Shown piece after piece: positions 59,268 to 64,000 of a stretch of DNA of 64,000 bases. The DNA is from an uncultured delta proteobacterium. Lineage in GTDB: Bacteria; Desulfobacterota; Binatia; Binatales; Binataceae. Under the pieces are notes generated by a model. The model saw only the letters and a list, made by a program, of their open reading frames with translations, was not told where the DNA came from and did no database searches. The translations under genes were made by a program, and so were the position numbers. The stretch's first letter is position 1; every line of letters begins with the position of its first letter. Location of the stretch: assembly GCA_963765675.1 (NCBI GenBank), contig CAVXXK010000001.1, forward strand, positions 1,984,001 through 2,048,000, given 5' to 3'.

Positions 59268-60476
59268 ATGCGTTATCTAATCGGCAGATATCACGAGATT
59301 GCGCTTAAGGGCCGCAACCAGTGGCGCTTCGTCGATCAATTGCGCCACAATCTTCGTGCCGTCTTTGCCGACGTCGGGATCGGCAAGATGCGCGGCGAGG
59401 GTCCGCGTGTGCTCGCCGAAATTCCCGACGGCGTTGCCGATGCGACCGTGATCGAGCGCGCGGGGCTGGTGTTCGGCCTGCAGAATTTTTCGCTCAGCTA
59501 CCAGGTTCCGCTCGAGCTCGAAGCGATCAAACGAGAGGCGATCGCGCGCGCGCGGGAGCATCCGGCGCGTACGTTCCGCGTGACCACGCGCCGCGGCGAC
59601 AAGCGCTTCGCGATGAACTCGATGGAGATAGATCGCGAAGTTGGCGGCGCGGTTCAGGACGAGCTGGGTTACGAGGTCAATCTTAATCATCCCGAGCTGG
59701 TGATCTCGATCGAGATGCTCGCAAACAGCGCGTTCGTGTCGGCGGGTAAGATTCCCGGCGCGGGAGGATTGCCGGTCGGCGTTTCCGGGCGCGCCGTCGC
59801 GCTGCTCTCGGGCGGAATCGATTCGCCGGTCGCGGCCTTTCGGATGATGCGGCGGGGACTCAAGCTCGACTTTGTGCACTTTCATGCGCATCCTCTCGTC
59901 TCTCCCGCGAGCCGCGAGAAGGCCTGCGAGCTGGTGACGCACCTGACACGCTACCAGTCGTCGTCCACGCTGGCGCTGGTCGCATTCGGGAATTTCCAGC
60001 GCGAGATCGTCGCGAGTTCGCTGCGTCCGCTGCGCGTGATTCTCTATCGGCGCCTGATGGTGCGGATCGCATGCGCGCTGGCCGAGAAGACGCGCGCCAC
60101 CGCGATCGTCACGGGCGAGAGCCTGGGGCAGGTCGCCTCGCAGACGCTCGACAACATGGCGGTGATCGAAAACGCCGCGAGCATGCCGATCCTGCGTCCG
60201 CTGGTCGGCAGCGACAAGAATGAGATTATCGATCAGGCGCGCTTGCTCGGCACTTTCGAGACCTCGATTCTTCCCGACGAGGATTGCTGCACGCTGTTCG
60301 TGCCGGCGCATCCGGAAACTCACGCGCGGCTCGATGAAGTCGAGGCGGCGGAGTCGCGGCTGGATTTGGCGCGGATGGTGACCGAGGCGGTCGACGCGGC
60401 CGAGGTGCGGCGCTTCGTGTTTCCGCCGCTATCCGATCGCGCGGTCAAAAGTGCAGCGCCAGAACCGCGGCATTGA
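59268..60476 (+). CDS. thiI: tRNA 4-thiouridine synthase ThiI (short form)
   Basis: RYHEIALKGRN, THUMP domain, LLSGGIDSPVA, GESLGQVASQT, DEDCC. Confidence 0.94.
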   Translation: MRYLIGRYHEIALKGRNQWRFVDQLRHNLRAVFADVGIGKMRGEGPRVLAEIPDGVADATVIERAGLVFGLQNFSLSYQVPLELEAIKREAIARAREHPARTFRVTTRRGDKRFAMNSMEIDREVGGAVQDELGYEVNLNHPELVISIEMLANSAFVSAGKIPGAGGLPVGVSGRAVALLSGGIDSPVAAFRMMRRGLKLDFVHFHAHPLVSPASREKACELVTHLTRYQSSSTLALVAFGNFQREIVASSLRPLRVILYRRLMVRIACALAEKTRATAIVTGESLGQVASQTLDNMAVIENAASMPILRPLVGSDKNEIIDQARLLGTFETSILPDEDCCTLFVPAHPETHARLDEVEAAESRLDLARMVTEAVDAAEVRRFVFPPLSDRAVKSAAPEPRH

Positions 60477-61677
60477 CCAGCAGCGTTAATATGGCAATCG
60501 GCAAACCGACCCTCAGATAATCGCCGAAGCTGATCAGCACCCCGCGTGCGCGCGCCTGCTCGATCACGATCAGGTTCGCCATCGATCCCACGATGGTCAG
60601 ATTTCCCGCCATCGTGCTCGAGCCCGCGATCACGAAAGCGACTTCGCGCGTGCCGCCGAGCAGTGGATAAAGTGGGCGAAACAGCAGCACGGCAGGCACG
60701 TTGCTCACCAGGTTCGAGAGGATTGCTGTCACGGCAGAGAGCGTAAGTGGATTGGCCAGCGCCTGGACGCCGGTCCACCTGATGATGTCGTCCTGCACCC
60801 CGGTGGTCTGAAACCCGGCCACCACGATGAACAGCCCGGTGAACATCGCGAGCATCGTCCAATCGATCAGCGCGTACACGCGGTCCGGATTGATTTGGCG
60901 CGTGAACAGCAACACCACGCCCGCGCCCATCGCGACCAGGTCGGTCGGAAAGCCGGCGACGAACAAACCGAGCGCGGCGATCGCGACGGCGGTGGATTTG
61001 ATCATCAGGAAACGGTTCGCGTCCGGCAGCGCGGGAGAGTCGGTGCCGGCCGTGCGATGCAGTTTTCCGAGCGATCCGCGATAGACGAACGCCAAAATCG
61101 CAAAATCGATCACCAATCCGAGAATCGCCGACGGCGCCAGGTGAATGGCGAACGGCAAGTATCCGAGATGGGCAAAGCCGGCGACGATCATGTTCTGCGG
61201 ATTGCCGGTGATCGTCGCGGCGCTGCCGATATTGCTCGCGGTCGCCAGCGCCAAAAGGAACGGCACCGGCTCGGCGCCCAGCATCTCGGTAACGTCGATC
61301 AGCAGAGGAGTCAGCGCAAGGCAGACCACGTCGTTGATGAAAAACGCCGCGAGCACGCCCGACACCGCCACCGTCATCGCCAGCAGGCCGTAGCCGGTTT
61401 CAGCGCGGTCGAGCAGCGCCCGCGCGAAGAGCTGGAACGCGCCCGACAGGCGCAGATTCGCGACGACGATCATCATCCCGAGCAGCAGCGCGATGGTGTG
61501 AAAGTCAATTGCCCTGAGGGTTGCTTGCTCGGACAGCACGCCTGCCGCCACCATCGCGACCGCACCCGCGAGAGCGGCGCCGGTGCGGTCGATGCGCAAA
61601 AACGGCAGCTTGCCGACCGCGATCACGAAGTAGGTCAGCGCGAAAATCGCGAGAGCAATTGCGCTGTGTGGATTCAT
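60445..61677 (-). CDS. ArsB/NhaD-type anion transporter
   Basis: FFINDVVC, ASNIGSAATITGNPQN, SNLVSNVPA, STMAGNLTIVGS. Confidence 0.9.
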   Translation of the reverse strand: MNPHSAIALAIFALTYFVIAVGKLPFLRIDRTGAALAGAVAMVAAGVLSEQATLRAIDFHTIALLLGMMIVVANLRLSGAFQLFARALLDRAETGYGLLAMTVAVSGVLAAFFINDVVCLALTPLLIDVTEMLGAEPVPFLLALATASNIGSAATITGNPQNMIVAGFAHLGYLPFAIHLAPSAILGLVIDFAILAFVYRGSLGKLHRTAGTDSPALPDANRFLMIKSTAVAIAALGLFVAGFPTDLVAMGAGVVLLFTRQINPDRVYALIDWTMLAMFTGLFIVVAGFQTTGVQDDIIRWTGVQALANPLTLSAVTAILSNLVSNVPAVLLFRPLYPLLGGTREVAFVIAGSSTMAGNLTIVGSMANLIVIEQARARGVLISFGDYLRVGLPIAILTLLVNAAVLALHF

Positions 61678-61813
61678 CAGAGGGGGAGGATTTGTCTTAT
61701 CAGCTTGTGGATTCAGCGCCTGCCGGTTCTCATAATCTGGGCCGCGCTGCCGGTAATCAAGCGGCAAATTGGTAGTTCACACTCGCCTGCGCATGGCGAT
61801 ATAGTGCCAAACC

Positions 61814-62863
61814 ATGAGCGACGCGATGCTCTTGCTCGAGCTCAACTACGCCAAGTGCAAATGCTATCTCATTGCGTCGCGCGCGTCGCGCAAGGCCGCG
61901 TTGGTTGATCCGCGGCGCGACGAAATTGCGCGCTACCTTGGCGTTCTCGCCTACCACCGCCTCGATCTCGAATTCGTTATCGATACGCATACTCATGCTG
62001 ACCACCGCAGCGGCGCGACAGAGCTCTCGGATCTGACCGGAGCGGCGGTGGTGATGCATCGCCGGGCGCCGTCGCCGCAGGTTGCGATTCACGTCGACGA
62101 TGGGCAGACGCTTGCGCTCGGCGACACGATCCTGCGCGTGCTTTATACGCCAGGTCACACGCCCGATTCGATAAGCCTCCAGGCGGATGGTCATGTGCTC
62201 ACTGGTGATTGCATGCTGATCCACGGAACGGGACGCGCGGACTTCGCCGGGGGCGACGCCGGTCAGCAATACGACTCGATCACCTCCCGTTTATTCACGC
62301 TACCGGACGCGACAGTAGTTCTGCCCGCTCATGATTACCGCGGCCACAGGCAATCGACGATTGGCGAGGAAAAGCGATCGAACCCGCGGCTGGCTGGAAA
62401 GACCCGCGCAGAATATGTCGCGATAATGTCCAACCTTGGACTGCCGCTGCCCGACGGAATCCAGGAAGCGCTGCAGCCGAATCAGTCCGAGGTCGAGGCG
62501 GGACAGATTAAATTTCCGGATCTTGCGCAACTAAACGCGGTGCGCCAGCTCACACCTCTGGAGCTTCGCGACAGGATGGCTGGAGCGAACCCGCCGGTAT
62601 TGATCGATGTGCGCGGGGCCGGCGAATTCAGCGGCGAGCTGGGCCATATTGCAGGTGCGATTCTCTTCCCGCTCGCGGAATTGGCCGATCGCGCCGGCGA
62701 ACTCATGCAATTTCGCGAGCGCGATATCGTCGCGATCTGCAGAGTTGGCGTTCGCAGCGCCACCGCCGCTGCGATTTTGACCGGTCTCGGTTTTGATCGA
62801 GTCTGGAATCTTAAGGGCGGGATGCTCGAATGGGTGGAGGCGAGGATGCCGGTCGAGCGTTGA
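61814..62863 (+). CDS. Persulfide dioxygenase (ETHE1-like MBL) fused to rhodanese
   Basis: THTHADH, TPGHT, GTGRADF, PAHDY; C-terminal LIDVR...GHIAGA...CRVGVRS...LKGGMLEW. Confidence 0.9.
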   Translation: MSDAMLLLELNYAKCKCYLIASRASRKAALVDPRRDEIARYLGVLAYHRLDLEFVIDTHTHADHRSGATELSDLTGAAVVMHRRAPSPQVAIHVDDGQTLALGDTILRVLYTPGHTPDSISLQADGHVLTGDCMLIHGTGRADFAGGDAGQQYDSITSRLFTLPDATVVLPAHDYRGHRQSTIGEEKRSNPRLAGKTRAEYVAIMSNLGLPLPDGIQEALQPNQSEVEAGQIKFPDLAQLNAVRQLTPLELRDRMAGANPPVLIDVRGAGEFSGELGHIAGAILFPLAELADRAGELMQFRERDIVAICRVGVRSATAAAILTGLGFDRVWNLKGGMLEWVEARMPVER

Positions 62864-62897
62864 AAAAGAAGGCGCGCCTGACAAGGGAACAATCAAT

Positions 62898-63296
62898 ATG
62901 ACCGCAGAGCTGAAAGTCGCGGAACTGGATCACGTCGTGCTGCGATGCCGTACAATCGAGCGCACGCTGGATTTCTACACTCGCGTTCTGGGTCTCAGCG
63001 AAGAACGGAGGATTGTACAGCTTGGTCTGATACAGCTACGCGCGGGACGCGGCATGATCGACCTCATTCCCGCCGAGCATCCACGCGTAGACGACGGCGC
63101 GAATGTCGATCACTTCTGCCTCGGTATCGAGGCGCGCGATCTTGCGGCGGTTGCCGCGGAACTCCGGCAAATTGGCGTCGAAGTGATGGGCGAGCCGGTT
63201 CAGCGTTACGGAGCACGCGGGATGGGGCTATCGCTTTACATACGCGATCCAGAGGGAAACGTCGTCGAGCTCAAGCAGATGCCGGCGCAGGCGTAG
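62898..63296 (+). CDS. VOC/glyoxalase family protein
   Basis: LDHVVL, NVDHFCL, RYGARG...YIRDPEGNVVELK. Confidence 0.9.
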   Translation: MTAELKVAELDHVVLRCRTIERTLDFYTRVLGLSEERRIVQLGLIQLRAGRGMIDLIPAEHPRVDDGANVDHFCLGIEARDLAAVAAELRQIGVEVMGEPVQRYGARGMGLSLYIRDPEGNVVELKQMPAQA

Positions 63297-63377
63297 CGCG
63301 GAGTCTCGCGCACGCCCTTGTTTTTGACTGCCGAGACACTAGAATCCTAGCGTTTGCCGACCGTGGAGGTGGGTTTC

Positions 63378-64000
63378 TTGAAGACTATCAAACTTGCTCG
63401 AACCAGAAGCTTCGCGATAGCGGCGCTGTGCGCGGTGATCATCGTCGGATGCGGTCATACGCCGCAGCGCGCGGCAGGGAACTATCTCGATTCGCTCAAG
63501 CTGTTCAACTATCCCGCGTGCTACCAGGCGCTGACGCATCAGGACCAGGTCGATCGCACGATGGACCAGTTCCTGAGCGAGATTCCGCTGGCGCCCGACG
63601 TCAGCAAGGACTGGTTCAAGACCGTCCTGCACGCGGTCGATTTCGAAGTTGGCGACACCAAGGTTGATGGCGACAAGGCCAACGTCGTGGTGCACGTGAC
63701 GCGACCCGATCTGCCGCTGTGGGAGCGCACGATCGACGCGACGCTCGGACCCAACGACACGCCAGACGCGGTCGCGCAGAAGCAAATCAACGACAAGAGC
63801 TACCCGAAGCTGACCTACGACGACAATATCGCGCTGGTGCAGCAGGGCGGCGAATGGAAAGTCTTCGTGGATTTTCCGAACCAGGACAAGATCAAGAAAA
63901 TCCACACTGACGCGATCGCCGCGTATCATCAGCATGACTACGATAAGGCGATCGGCCTGTATCAGCAGGCTATCGCTGAGCTCGATAAGGAGCAGGCCAC
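63378..64000 (+). CDS. Putative lipoprotein (NTF2-like region plus TPR-like helix), partial
   Basis: GGAGG SD, TTG start, lipobox IIVGC; VDGDKANVVV, GEWKV, YDKAIGLYQQAI; open to the window end. Confidence 0.75.
   Translation, partial: MKTIKLARTRSFAIAALCAVIIVGCGHTPQRAAGNYLDSLKLFNYPACYQALTHQDQVDRTMDQFLSEIPLAPDVSKDWFKTVLHAVDFEVGDTKVDGDKANVVVHVTRPDLPLWERTIDATLGPNDTPDAVAQKQINDKSYPKLTYDDNIALVQQGGEWKVFVDFPNQDKIKKIHTDAIAAYHQHDYDKAIGLYQQAIAELDKEQA

Noticed and set aside
1-64000. CRISPR arrays, transposases/integrases, prophage, defence systems, selenoprotein read-through
   Set aside because: No regularly spaced repeats, recognisable mobile or defence proteins, or in-frame TGA at catalytic Cys positions were seen by eye

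Overview
This is a GC-rich bacterial chromosomal window with about 58 genes. Its gene content resembles soil Binatota/Deltaproteobacteria-like lineages (inference). No CRISPR array, rRNA, transposase or phage gene was seen. Layout: (1) 1-13.6 kb is a CoA-dependent catabolic cluster (DesZ/LigB-type dioxygenase, three class III CoA-transferases, a FadE24/FadE23-like acyl-CoA dehydrogenase pair, a Cys-less thiolase plus DUF35, SDRs, a crotonase, FadR and TetR). (2) 13.6-28.8 kb holds Ku-LigD next to a beta-1,2-glucan locus (2940-aa Cgs/NdvB, YoaK, GH144-like), with a densely structured, pseudoknot-capable leader upstream of cgs. (3) At 28.9 kb is an unannotated 24-aa stand-alone SEC-C microprotein with a candidate promoter, strong SD and terminator-like hairpin. 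(4) 29-33.8 kb holds tauD, an HpaB/4HBD-family flavoprotein, a decayed second tauD fragment, an MFS, a GFA protein and tRNA-Leu(CAA) with att-like repeats. (5) 34.6-44.2 kb is a co-oriented run of an SBP56/methanethiol-oxidase-like gene, a His-rich membrane protein, a two-component system and RND efflux. (6) 44-64 kb is housekeeping-like (LD-transpeptidase/YcbK, BolA-Grx4, TlpA, CyaB, GST, sulfatase, Nudix, ThiI, persulfide dioxygenase-rhodanese). Six single-base frameshifts between 45 and 56 kb are probably sequencing errors. The best novelty candidates are the SEC-C microprotein unit, the SBP56/His-membrane-protein module, the structured cgs leader and the catabolic cluster built from heteromeric enzyme pairs.
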